This document shows, piece by piece, positions 17,886-27,318 of a stretch of 32,000 nt of DNA. The stretch is taken from contig NC_010628.1 in NCBI RefSeq assembly GCF_000020025.1, forward strand, positions 6,720,001-6,752,000, given 5' to 3'. The notes under the pieces were generated by a model. It saw nothing but the letters and a program-made list of their open reading frames with translations. It was not told where the DNA came from and did not search any database. Position numbers and translations under genes: made by a program. Numbering within the stretch: the first letter of the stretch is position 1; each line of letters starts with the position of its first letter. The DNA comes from Nostoc punctiforme PCC 73102. GTDB lineage: Bacteria > Cyanobacteriota > Cyanobacteriia > Cyanobacteriales > Nostocaceae.

Positions 17886-18006
17886 GTCATTTGTTATTTG
17901 TCATTTGTCATTGGGCAAAACAGTTCCAAATGCTGTTAGCGGATAGCTAAGGTTTAGCCCGTGAAGAGTTAGGAGTTACGAATTCTCCCCCATTCCCCTG
18001 CTCCCT
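17886..18006 (+). repeat. Heptamer array plus ~95-bp dispersed repeat, copy B, filling the intercistronic spacer
   Basis: (GTCATTT-like)x4 at 17886-17913, then ttgggcaaaacagttcc..gttagcggatagctaaggtttagcccgtg..ttaggagttacgaattctc..cccctgctccc. Collinear with 6540..6650. Confidence 0.75.
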
Positions 18007-21000
18007 ACTTCACTGGCCAAGGAATCATCGGGTCATTAGCCAGCTTTTTGGAGACTTCGTATGCTCCAAAGCGGTTGAGATGGCTGGGATCTGAGAAGTA
18101 GTCATGTGCTTTGGGCCACTTTTGGCTCAGATCCCGATAAATAAAGTTGGGATTAGTAGCTAGACGCAACATATATTGCTGAAATTGTTGCTCATATTGT
18201 CTACGCACTGGATCTAAATAATCTGCCGTGAGAGGCATATTGACAAACACTAAGGAAATTTTCTGAGACTGGGTAAACTGAAGCACTTCTTGAAGAGCAG
18301 CATCTTGCTGTCCTTCTACTTGGAAAGATTTATAGTCGTTGTCGTAATTTCCGGTAACTCTAGAATGTTTTTGATAGTATCTAGCAGGATTGAAGCGAAT
18401 AGACAAAGGTAGAAAACCATCAAAATCAACTGCTTGCTGGGAAATACTCTCATCTGAAGTTCCGTCTGTTAGCTGTTTTTGTGATGCAACTGTCTGATTG
18501 CTACCAAATATAAGCAATTGTTTTTGCAGTAAGCCTTTAATTTGGTCGCGGTTTTGATAGCTAGCAGAAAGAGATGCCAGACCCTGATTTAAGGAATCAT
18601 TGACAGCTTGATATGTGCTAATCTCCTGTTTTTCTTCTTTTACCTTCTCTTCTGGCGAACTTTCCTGATTTTTGGGCGATTCGCTGCTATTCGCTATTGT
18701 TGGGTTTTTTTGGAATGCTTGCTTATAACCAGCTGATGCTGCGATGGATTTAAAGGTAATGTCCTCGCGTCCACCGTTGAAAGCACGGGCCCCATCCGCC
18801 CAGAGAATTATTTTAGGCAGTTCTGATGGTTCCAGCACGTGACGAAGCACAAAGTCTACAACTTGTGCAGTAGCACCGTTGATCCCAAAGTTAAACACGT
18901 CAATATTGGGATAGCCTTGAGTCGCTAAAGCTTTAGAAAGTTCTGCTGGGTCTACTCCTCTGAGGGCGCGGGAGGAGCCAATAATCAACACATCGGGCGG
19001 TGTACCAGTTCTCGCTAAACGCTGTTTATACAGTGCTAGTTGCTCATCTAACTGCCTGACATTGAAACTTGGCATCTGCGATCGCGCTGCTAAAAGAATA
19101 GCTGTTGCGGTTGCTTTTTCTTTCAGTGGTGCGGCTGCCAAATTCTTTGTCGAAGTATCATCACTTTGGGTAAACTCAGAAGCATTAAATACAGAACTCT
19201 GATTTGCAGGAGATTTTGTTTTAGAACTGCTGCTAAAAAATACCGTTTTCTCACTCTGAGTTTTTTCAGATGTTAAAGATGCCTTTTGTCCAGATGATGA
19301 AGGTAAAACACTGGCTACTTTTGGCAAACTCGGTTTAGTCTGTGCAGTAATTCGACCCAATACCCAATCAGTTTGGAGAGTGAGTAATAATCCCAGTGTC
19401 CCCCAAACTAGAGCAATCTTAAGTCCTTGATCGTCAGGATTTTCTTCTCCTAACTCGTGGCTTTCGGTAAATAGCTGGCTTTTTAACAGGAACTTTTTCG
19501 CGGTTGCACTCGCCGTTGCTATCCAATCTCGCGCTACTTCTGTTACAAAACTTTGAACTTCTTCTGTTGTTAAGTCTGGGCGCAAAATTGGTTCACTAGT
19601 CTCAGAGGGTATTAAATCATCTACGTATTTAGAAGTGGCAGCGAATTCTGGGGTTGCTTCTGGTACTAAACGTTGGCGATGTTCAAGATCAACGCCATAG
19701 TGCCAAAAAGGTTCTTTATTCCCAGCCCGGCGACCGTATATACGTATTCCCATAATACCGGGAATTTTCAAATGGCGGATAAACTGCGTAATTTTACTTG
19801 CTACTTGTTGACGACCTGGACAAACAGGCGCATCACACATGATGTGTAATAAATCATTTTTGTTCAGTAAGAGGACACGAATTCCACCTGTCAATAAACG
19901 CCAATCTAGGTCAGGATTGAGTAAACGCTCTAGTAAAAATGTGATGGCTGGTTCATCACCAGTATTAGCTAAATCTAGCGGTGATGTGGCAAAGGCGGGA
20001 TGGGTGGTGGCGGGTAAAGCTAGCCAATCAATCCAAGTGGGTTGTTTGTCGCCTGCTTTTTGCCCGTAGATGGTGGCAGCGAGAATGCCTTGAGGTGCGA
20101 TCGCTTCTAACTGGGGTACAATAGCCTCTAAGCACACTGCTTTGTCTGGGATTGGCGCAGTTCCTAAAGGATCAAAAGCTGGCGTACAAAAGATGTGTAG
20201 AGTTGATTCTTTCAGAGAAGCTTGGACAGAAACTTTTAATCCTGACAATACCTCAGTTAATAGCCGAGCGATCGCTTGGATATCACCCCAACGCGCCCAT
20301 TCTTTCAGCATTACCTCTGATGGGGTCAAATCGACACGCAGCAACCAATCAGGGGCTGTTTCGCCGCTTACCTGGGAAACAATTACGGCATCTTGGTAGC
20401 CGTAAAGTTTGAGATAACGCAATTTCTCTGCTATTGGTTCCGCAAGCAATGAGGCATCGGGGCTATAGCTCGACTGGCAAAATATCCACAGGCGGTTTTC
20501 TTCCGGCTGAGAGTTCTTTGGCTGATACGGCTTAATCTTTGCCTGTACCGATACACCTAACGTACTCAGAGTTTCGCTGAGATATCTAGCGATCGCCTCT
20601 GGATTGCCTTGGCGTGCCAAACTTTCGTTAGAGACAATGAGTGCCCCAGCCGACTGTTTTGATTTTTCCGCATCTGCTAGCAAGGCTTGCTCCACCTGCT
20701 CCAGATGCTTATCTATTTGATTCAAGTAAACCCGATGGCACCATTTGGGGCGCTGTTCCCCTTTTCTTCGGCCATAGACAAATACTTGATATATTGAGGT
20801 TTGTTCGCTGCTTGTGAGAATATCTAAGTTTGTTTGCTGTAATGCTTGCAGCAAATCAGACAAAGTACGCCAACGCTGCGGACATTCTGTGCCTTCACAA
20901 AGAATATGAAGGTCATTTCCCCGTAACCGGACTTTCACCCCGAAAGTGTTAATCCCTGTGGCTTGGCTTACCCATTGCACTAAGGATTGCTGGCGATCTG

Positions 21001-21016
21001 GTAATACTGTTTTCAT
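18005..21016 (-). CDS. 1003-aa bitopic protein with four N-terminal repeats of an unrecognised domain, one TM helix, an S/T-rich linker and a C-terminal SGNH/DltD-like (DUF1574-like) domain
   Basis: The repeats (aa ~1-105, ~138-232, ~243-335, ~353-446) each carry L-(H/W)-I-x-C and, in three of four, (I/V)YG(R/Q)xxGxxxPxW. The TM helix is LKIALVWGTLGLLLTLQTDWVLG (aa ~532-555). The C-terminal domain has VLIIGSSRA, FGINGAT, WADGARAFNGG and SDPSHLN, which resemble SGNH blocks I, II, III and V. Confidence 0.85.
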   Translation of the reverse strand: MKTVLPDRQQSLVQWVSQATGINTFGVKVRLRGNDLHILCEGTECPQRWRTLSDLLQALQQTNLDILTSSEQTSIYQVFVYGRRKGEQRPKWCHRVYLNQIDKHLEQVEQALLADAEKSKQSAGALIVSNESLARQGNPEAIARYLSETLSTLGVSVQAKIKPYQPKNSQPEENRLWIFCQSSYSPDASLLAEPIAEKLRYLKLYGYQDAVIVSQVSGETAPDWLLRVDLTPSEVMLKEWARWGDIQAIARLLTEVLSGLKVSVQASLKESTLHIFCTPAFDPLGTAPIPDKAVCLEAIVPQLEAIAPQGILAATIYGQKAGDKQPTWIDWLALPATTHPAFATSPLDLANTGDEPAITFLLERLLNPDLDWRLLTGGIRVLLLNKNDLLHIMCDAPVCPGRQQVASKITQFIRHLKIPGIMGIRIYGRRAGNKEPFWHYGVDLEHRQRLVPEATPEFAATSKYVDDLIPSETSEPILRPDLTTEEVQSFVTEVARDWIATASATAKKFLLKSQLFTESHELGEENPDDQGLKIALVWGTLGLLLTLQTDWVLGRITAQTKPSLPKVASVLPSSSGQKASLTSEKTQSEKTVFFSSSSKTKSPANQSSVFNASEFTQSDDTSTKNLAAAPLKEKATATAILLAARSQMPSFNVRQLDEQLALYKQRLARTGTPPDVLIIGSSRALRGVDPAELSKALATQGYPNIDVFNFGINGATAQVVDFVLRHVLEPSELPKIILWADGARAFNGGREDITFKSIAASAGYKQAFQKNPTIANSSESPKNQESSPEEKVKEEKQEISTYQAVNDSLNQGLASLSASYQNRDQIKGLLQKQLLIFGSNQTVASQKQLTDGTSDESISQQAVDFDGFLPLSIRFNPARYYQKHSRVTGNYDNDYKSFQVEGQQDAALQEVLQFTQSQKISLVFVNMPLTADYLDPVRRQYEQQFQQYMLRLATNPNFIYRDLSQKWPKAHDYFSDPSHLNRFGAYEVSKKLANDPMIPWPVK

Positions 21017-21240
21017 GGGAAGTTAACTTTACAGGAAGCGATGGTTGGGGGATAGTGCCTGCACTTGTAAACTAGAACCATAGGTCTATCACACTCTGAC
21101 GTTTTTTTTTAACAATTTTGTTACCTTCGTAGCTCACAAAATCGGCCAAGATAGTCTTGTACAGGTTGTAAGTCTGACTAATATTGAGTTTTGCGTTTAT
21201 TTTACTAATAGGGAGTCATAAATCAGAAGTTAGGAGTTAG

Positions 21241-21260
21241 AGACGCGATTAATCGTGTCT
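21241..21260. repeat. Palindromic repeat copy (agacgcgattaatcgtgtct, one mismatch)
   Basis: Preceded by the gttaggagttag heptamer-type sequence. In the divergent spacer between the 1003-aa gene and ppc. Confidence 0.8.
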
Positions 21261-21443
21261 GTACAAAAGCCAAGAGTCAGAATAATTCTATATGACTGAC
21301 TGATGACTTGTCCTTTAAAGCTAGACTTGCCTTCCACTGCGCTAACGCCCCTGATCGGTGAAACAACCAACAAGCTTATCTCATTTCAATTCCATCTCTT
21401 GATCGTTGGAGTTATCCTAGCTCCTAACTCTTAATTCCTATAC

Positions 21444-21463
21444 AGACGCGATTAATCGCGTCT
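21444..21463. repeat. Palindromic repeat copy (AGACGCGATTAATCGCGTCT, perfect)
   Basis: Identical to 8315..8334, including the flanking ac...ct. Preceded by ctcctaactc, the reverse complement of the gagttaggag motif. Confidence 0.85.
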
Positions 21464-21502
21464 CTAGGTCTCTACTCATATTCCCCTAACCAAAAATTAG
21501 CA

Positions 21503-21739
21503 ATGCCTCCTGCCAACGAACAACCCTCAACTAACCTGCCATCCCATCTCGATTTATTTACCATTCCCCAATCGTTCCTTTTACAAATAGGTACAGCGTC
21601 TATATTACTGCTGCTCATTACCGGAAAAACCACCGTAAGGGCACTAGAAAGCATAGGGGAAGCCAGTGAAGAATTGTTTCGAGGCGATCGCCTACCCATT
21701 CTCGACTTCCCAGAGGAGCGCGAAACTAATCAAACTTAG
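21503..21739 (+). CDS. Small hypothetical membrane protein (78 aa)
   Basis: One hydrophobic helix (FLLQIGTASILLLLITG) and an acidic tail. It overlaps an antisense ORF of similar size, so the coding status is uncertain. Confidence 0.4.
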   Translation: MPPANEQPSTNLPSHLDLFTIPQSFLLQIGTASILLLLITGKTTVRALESIGEASEELFRGDRLPILDFPEERETNQT

Positions 21740-21840
21740 AAAATATACACCGAATAATTATTTGCTCAGGAATAACCCGATGAGCATTCAGTAGAAAACC
21801 TAGAAGCGTAAACAGTTATTAGCTTTACAAGATAGAGAAT

Positions 21841-24800
21841 ATGGGTTCCCTTTTATACTCTTCGTCTCAAACTGCGGATATATACCCGGTGTCGGAATTA
21901 TTTTTGCGTCATCGTCTCCAGGTAGTGGAAGAATTGTGGGAGTCTGTTCTCCGGCAAGAATGCGGTCAAAACATGGTAGACTTGTTGCGGCAGCTGCGCG
22001 ATCTGTGTTCGCCAGAAGGACAGGCAACAAATGACCAAGCATCCTCAGCCGTCAAATTAATTGAACAACTAAATATCAACGAAGCAATCCGCGCGGCTCG
22101 TGCTTTCGCTCTGTATTTTCAGCTGATTAACATCATAGAGCAGGAATACGAGCAAAGGCAGCAACTGAGTCGCTATGAAGCAGAAACAGAGCCTACAGAC
22201 TCAGAAAGAGCATCTAATGTCAATTACTCGTCCAATCAAAGAGAAGATGATGCGCCTGTTAGCAAGGGAATAGCAGCAGAATTGCTAGCAAAGAACTATC
22301 TAGAAAAAGCGCAAGTCAAACCAAAAGGGACTTTCGCTGCCTTGTTTCCCTATTTATTCAAACAGAATGTACCACCCCAGCAGATTCAACGTCTCATTGC
22401 TCATCTAGATGTGCGCTTAGTTTTCACAGCGCACCCGACGGAAATTGTTCGTCATACCATCCGAGATAAGCAGCGACAGGTGGTACAACTCTTGCAAAAA
22501 CTGGATACCTTAGAAAACCATGCTGGTGGTACAGGTGGCGGATATGCTTGGGAAGCAGCAGATGTCCGCGAACAATTGCTTGAAGAAATTCGCCTCTGGT
22601 GGCGCACGGACGAACTTCACCAGTTCAAACCTACTGTGCTAGATGAAGTAGATTATGCCCTCCACTACTTCCAAGAAGTTTTATTTGATGGCATTCCTCA
22701 ACTTTATAAACGTTTCAAACATACACTATCTAATACCTTTCCTTGGCTAGAACCACCAAGTAAAAACTTTTGTTCTTTTGGCTCTTGGGTAGGCTCAGAT
22801 AGGGATGGGAACCCATCAGTTACACCAGAAGTGACCTGGCAAACAGCTTGCTATCAGCGCAAAATGGTCCTGGGGAGATATATTCAGTCAGTGAAAAATC
22901 TGATTGAATTGTTGAGTGTGTCGATGCACTGGAGTGATGTCTTACCAGATTTGCTGGAATCTCTAGAGTTAGATCAGTCCCAGTTGAGTGAGGTATATGA
23001 TGCACTGGCGCTGCGTTATCGGCAAGAACCCTATCGGCTGAAACTCGCTTATGTACTGAAACGACTAGAAAATACTCGCGATCGCAATCTAGCTTTGTAC
23101 AATCGGGAAACGCCAAAAAATCAAGATAGTCCCCTGTATCGTTCGGGAGACGATTTTTTAGCTGAACTGCGGATGATTCAGCGTAACTTGACAGAAACAG
23201 GTTTAAGCTGTCGAGATTTAGAAAATCTCATCTGTCAGGTAGAAATTTTTGGTTTTAACTTGACACAGCTAGATATCCGTCAAGAATCATCCCGCCATGC
23301 TGATGCGCTAAATGAAATCCTACAATACCTGCAAATATTACCTCAACCTTACAACGAACTATCTGAGGAGCAAAAAGTTGCTTGGCTTACAGGAGAACTG
23401 CAAACCCGCCGGCCATTAATTCCAGCAGAATTGCCATTTTCTGAAAAAACCAACGATGTAATTGAAACCTTTCGCGTCGTGCGATCGCTGCAACAAGAAT
23501 TTGGTCTAAATATCTGCCAAACTTACATTATCAGCATGTGCCGCGACGTGAGCGACGTGCTAGAAGTACTACTGTTAGCCAAAGAAGCCAGACTTTTTGA
23601 CCCCGCCATAGCCGTGGGAACCATTCAAGTTGTCCCCTTATTTGAAACAGTAGAAGACTTACAACGCTCCAGAAGCGTCATGCGGAAACTGTTTGAACTC
23701 CCGTTATATCGCGCTTTGTTAGCCGGTGGCTACGAACAAACAAAAACAGAGAGTGTTGTCGTGGATGAAAATTCATCCTCCCTTGCCTCCCCTGCCCCCC
23801 CTGCTTCCCCCGCTTCCCCTGCCCCCTCCCCCTCCCCCCTCACCCCTAACTTGCAAGAAGTGATGCTGGGGTATTCTGACAGCAACAAAGACTCTGGTTT
23901 TTTAAGCAGCAACTGGGAAATTCATAAAGCCCAAAAATCACTGCAACAAATAGCAGAAGGCTACGATATAAATTTGCGGATTTTCCACGGACGCGGCGGT
24001 TCTGTAGGGCGGGGTGGTGGCCCTGCTTACGAGGCAATTTTGGCTCAACCGGGTCATAGTATCAATGGGCGAATCAAGATTACCGAACAAGGAGAAGTTT
24101 TGGCTTCTAAATACTCCTTGTTGGACTTGGCTTTGTACCACATGGAAACCATCACCACTGCTGTGATTCAAGCTAGCCTGCTGCGGACAGGGTTTGATGA
24201 TATTGAACCCTGGAATGAGATTATGGAAGAATTAGCAGCGCGATCGCGGCAACATTATCGGGCTTTAATTTATGAACAGCCTGATTTTGTGGACTTTTTC
24301 CATCAAGTAACCCCCATTGAAGAAATTAGCCAGCTACAAATTAGTTCCCGTCCAGCCCGTCGCCCATCTGGTAAGAAAGATTTAAGCAGTCTGCGAGCTA
24401 TTCCTTGGGTATTTAGTTGGACGCAAACCCGCTTTTTGCTTCCTTCCTGGTATGGCGTTGGCACAGCGTTACAAGAATTCTTGAATGCAGAACCAGAAGA
24501 ACACTTGAAATTAATGCGCTACTTTTACGTTAAGTGGCCCTTTTTCAAGATGGTGATTTCTAAGGCCGAGATGACTTTGGCAAAAGTAGATATGCAAATG
24601 GCACATCACTACGTTCAAGAATTGTCACAATCAGAAGATCAACTCCGCTTTGCTAAGGTTTTTGACCAAATTGCCAGCGAGTTCTATCTCACAAGGGATT
24701 TGGTGTTAAAAATCACCGATCACAATCAATTGTTAGATGGCGATCCTGTCTTGCAACGATCTGTGCAGTTACGCAATGGCACAATTGTCCCCTTGGGATT

Positions 24801-24954
24801 TATCCAAGTTTCCCTGCTCAAGCGCCTACGCCAGTCTATGAATACTAATGCCACTTCTGGAGTCATCCATTCTCGTTACAGCAAAGGCGAGTTACTACGA
24901 GGTGCATTGTTAACTATTAATGGAATTGCAGCCGGGATGAGAAATACAGGTTGA
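21841..24954 (+). CDS. ppc: Phosphoenolpyruvate carboxylase
   Basis: [38 protein letters not shown] and the C-terminal [12 protein letters not shown]. It contains a P/S/A-rich insert just before the GYSDSNKD block. Confidence 0.97.
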   Translation: MGSLLYSSSQTADIYPVSELFLRHRLQVVEELWESVLRQECGQNMVDLLRQLRDLCSPEGQATNDQASSAVKLIEQLNINEAIRAARAFALYFQLINIIEQEYEQRQQLSRYEAETEPTDSERASNVNYSSNQREDDAPVSKGIAAELLAKNYLEKAQVKPKGTFAALFPYLFKQNVPPQQIQRLIAHLDVRLVFTAHPTEIVRHTIRDKQRQVVQLLQKLDTLENHAGGTGGGYAWEAADVREQLLEEIRLWWRTDELHQFKPTVLDEVDYALHYFQEVLFDGIPQLYKRFKHTLSNTFPWLEPPSKNFCSFGSWVGSDRDGNPSVTPEVTWQTACYQRKMVLGRYIQSVKNLIELLSVSMHWSDVLPDLLESLELDQSQLSEVYDALALRYRQEPYRLKLAYVLKRLENTRDRNLALYNRETPKNQDSPLYRSGDDFLAELRMIQRNLTETGLSCRDLENLICQVEIFGFNLTQLDIRQESSRHADALNEILQYLQILPQPYNELSEEQKVAWLTGELQTRRPLIPAELPFSEKTNDVIETFRVVRSLQQEFGLNICQTYIISMCRDVSDVLEVLLLAKEARLFDPAIAVGTIQVVPLFETVEDLQRSRSVMRKLFELPLYRALLAGGYEQTKTESVVVDENSSSLASPAPPASPASPAPSPSPLTPNLQEVMLGYSDSNKDSGFLSSNWEIHKAQKSLQQIAEGYDINLRIFHGRGGSVGRGGGPAYEAILAQPGHSINGRIKITEQGEVLASKYSLLDLALYHMETITTAVIQASLLRTGFDDIEPWNEIMEELAARSRQHYRALIYEQPDFVDFFHQVTPIEEISQLQISSRPARRPSGKKDLSSLRAIPWVFSWTQTRFLLPSWYGVGTALQEFLNAEPEEHLKLMRYFYVKWPFFKMVISKAEMTLAKVDMQMAHHYVQELSQSEDQLRFAKVFDQIASEFYLTRDLVLKITDHNQLLDGDPVLQRSVQLRNGTIVPLGFIQVSLLKRLRQSMNTNATSGVIHSRYSKGELLRGALLTINGIAAGMRNTG

Positions 24955-25017
24955 TTGGGAATGGGGAATGGGGAATGGGAAATGGGAAATGGGAAATGGG
25001 GAATGGGGAATGGGGAA
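24955..25017 (+). repeat. Nine tandem heptamers (TTGGGAA, TGGGGAA x2, TGGGAAA x3, TGGGGAA x3)
   Basis: Read directly from the sequence. The array starts at the base after the ppc stop codon. Confidence 0.95.
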
Positions 25018-25077
25018 GCAGAAGAGTAGAGAGCAGAGGTGTAAAGATGTAAAATTTTTCATTCTCCCCAATTCCGA

Positions 25078-25338
25078 ATGCCAATGATGAAAAACAGGAT
25101 TTTAATTTGCACTTTTTTGGCGCTATCATCAGGTTTTTTTGGTGCTTACACTAGTGGGCAAATCACCATAATGCTGCATAGCCAAAAGTGTCAAAACCAA
25201 TCTTGGGGTTTCCAGGTGATGTGCAACGCTTGGATGACACCAGGAGCAATATGGCAAGGTAGCACAACAGGATTATGGACAGGAACTATTTTAGGGGCAT
25301 TTGTTGGGGGTTTGGTGACGCGACAAGCTCGTGATTAA
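25078..25338 (+). CDS. Small hypothetical membrane/secreted protein (86 aa)
   Basis: Signal-like N-terminus (ILICTFLALSSGFFGA) and a glycine-zipper-like C-terminal helix (GTILGAFVGGLVT). A hairpin terminator lies downstream. Confidence 0.4.
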   Translation: MPMMKNRILICTFLALSSGFFGAYTSGQITIMLHSQKCQNQSWGFQVMCNAWMTPGAIWQGSTTGLWTGTILGAFVGGLVTRQARD

Positions 25339-25393
25339 TCTGTTAAACGTGAGTTAGACGAACCTCTACCTGCCTTAAACTAAAGTTCAAGTC

Positions 25394-25430
25394 TTTCCCT
25401 CTCCGAATCGGAGAGGGAAGATTTTATTTA
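25394..25430 (+). terminator. Rho-independent terminator
   Basis: The ccctctcc / ggagaggg stem extends to about 11 bp (25395-25420), followed by attttattta. Confidence 0.6.
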
Positions 25431-25542
25431 GTAAAACCAGAAAGAGGTTTATTGATTCAGACAATTGCAATTAACCCTCAGCAGGAGAAAGGTGTCAGCA
25501 AGGCTGGTAAAATCTACCCATAGCAAAGAAGAGCAAATTACC

Positions 25543-25848
25543 ATGCCTACCGAAACTAACCCAGGGAATCAAACTACTACAGGTGCTGACGCTATTGATG
25601 AAGCGATCGCACGGGGAATTGATTTTGACGGTTCTCCCATTCCACCTGCCAAACTAGAACTTTATGGTAAAGTCATGGCGCTAGAGGGTAATAGACAGCG
25701 CAGTGGCGTATCTAATACTATGCGATCGCGAATTGTGCGAATTGGTGCAAAACACATTCCCCAAGCAGAACTCGACCAATTACTTGTGGATGCTGGTTTT
25801 GCACCCCTAAAAGAAAAAGAAATTGCGTTTTTTTATAGCGGTAAATAA
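25543..25848 (+). CDS. Hypothetical protein (101 aa from the ATG at 25543)
   Basis: Protein-like composition (IDFDGSPIPPAKLELYGKVMALEGNRQRSG...LLVDAGFAPLKEKEIAFFY). I do not recognise a family. The ORF-track start at 25465 is a non-ATG codon. Confidence 0.55.
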   Translation: MPTETNPGNQTTTGADAIDEAIARGIDFDGSPIPPAKLELYGKVMALEGNRQRSGVSNTMRSRIVRIGAKHIPQAELDQLLVDAGFAPLKEKEIAFFYSGK

Positions 25849-26063
25849 ATATAGCAGTACAGCACAGTCAGGTTCTATATATTCGCGGCTACACAAACAA
25901 GTAAAGTAGCCGTGAAATTACTGTAAATAAACGAACAATTAACCCATCCATAACCTATCTGTCATCGACAATCCGGTAATCTAATTTCTCACCGAAAGGG
26001 CGTGAGCAAGGAGCTAATTCTCCAAAATGCGCTCGCGATCCCAAAGAATAATCGAGGATAGAG

Positions 26064-27221
26064 ATGATGACAAAGGTTGGGTACTCAGTGTTTCAACGCG
26101 TCACCACTGCGCGTTTGCTGCGTAAAATATGCTTACTGGCGCTGGCTGTGCCGTTCCTGACAAGTTCTGCAATCGGTTTGGCGACTGCCAACGAGAGGAA
26201 GTACGAGTACGAGGGCGAGAACGAGACATACGCCATCGGACTTTGGGGCGATATGCCCTACTCGGATCTCCAGGCGACAACGGGAGTCCCGAACCTAATC
26301 GCTGATATGAACGCGCAAGACCTGGCCTTTACTGTCCACGATGGCGACCTAAAGGCGGGCAACTCTACACCCGGCTCGGTAACACCGACAATGTGCAGTA
26401 ATGAACTCTACACTCAGGCGCTCGGCTACTTCAACTCCCTGAAGGCACCAGCAGCCTTTACCCCAGGTGACAATGATTGGACTGATTGCGATCGCCCCTC
26501 AAACGGTGGATTCAATTCACGCGAACGCCTCGACTACCAGCGTCAGGTATTCTTCAGCAATAAATTTTCCCTTGGGCAGAGGCGGCTAGTCCAAGAGGTG
26601 CAGACAACACCACTTTGTCTTGGTGTAACAGGTGCAGTGCCCTGTGTTGAAAACCGCCGTTGGACGGTTGGTAAGGTTACTTATGCGACACTCAATATCC
26701 AGGGTTCGTGCAACAACCTATGTGATACTGCGCCCGATCCATCGGAGTACGCAGCACGAAACACCGCTGATATTGCATGGATGAGAGAGACTTTTCAAGT
26801 GGCAAAAACACGCAATTCGGTGGCGGTTATGTTTATCTCCCAAGCCGATCCGGGCTGGGATCTAACCGACGGAACCAGAGCGCCTTTGCGCGATCCAAAG
26901 ACCCTCGCGCAAACCGATGGACAGCCTGATGGCTTCAAGGAGTTTTTATTAGCGTTCCGCGATGAGGCGATCGCTTTCCGCAAACCAATTGCCTATGTAT
27001 ACGGCGACTCGCACTACTACCGCGTTGACAAGCCATTTCTGGATGCTCAAGGCAGACGCATTGAGAACTTTACTCGGGTTGAGACATTTGGCGACAATGC
27101 GCCGAATGGGACTAACGATGTGAATTGGGTCAAAGTGACTGTAAATCCCCGTAGCCGAGAGGTATTTTCTTATCAGCCACAGATTGTTCCTGGCAATCGA
27201 GTAGCGGTTCCGTCTCCTTAA
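26064..27221 (+). CDS. Secreted calcineurin-like metallophosphoesterase family protein
   Basis: Signal-like N-terminus (ICLLALAVPFLTSSAIGLATA). Metallophosphatase-like blocks are WGDMPY, HDGDLK, PGDNDW and YGDSHY. Visibly GC-richer than its neighbours. Confidence 0.7.
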   Translation: MMTKVGYSVFQRVTTARLLRKICLLALAVPFLTSSAIGLATANERKYEYEGENETYAIGLWGDMPYSDLQATTGVPNLIADMNAQDLAFTVHDGDLKAGNSTPGSVTPTMCSNELYTQALGYFNSLKAPAAFTPGDNDWTDCDRPSNGGFNSRERLDYQRQVFFSNKFSLGQRRLVQEVQTTPLCLGVTGAVPCVENRRWTVGKVTYATLNIQGSCNNLCDTAPDPSEYAARNTADIAWMRETFQVAKTRNSVAVMFISQADPGWDLTDGTRAPLRDPKTLAQTDGQPDGFKEFLLAFRDEAIAFRKPIAYVYGDSHYYRVDKPFLDAQGRRIENFTRVETFGDNAPNGTNDVNWVKVTVNPRSREVFSYQPQIVPGNRVAVPSP

Positions 27222-27318
27222 CGTCACCCAGTTTCTAATTATTGGGAACTGCAAACATAAAAGTCCAAAACTACAATTTTGAGTTGTCACGGGATAACTC
27301 AAACCTTAATTTTCCGAT

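Noticed and set aside
19839-20412. Plus-strand ORFs antisense to the 1003-aa gene, and similar antisense or embedded ORFs in ppc (22820-24171), the phosphoesterase (26795-27302), the reductase (27508-28539), sat, the Kir gene and dxs (31182-31674)
   Set aside because: All are shorter than, and nested within, well-supported genes on the other strand or frame. None has a recognisable motif.
24955-25017. Heptamer array considered as a CRISPR array
   Set aside because: The unit is only 7 bp, there are no unique spacers, and there are no cas genes. It is a simple tandem repeat.
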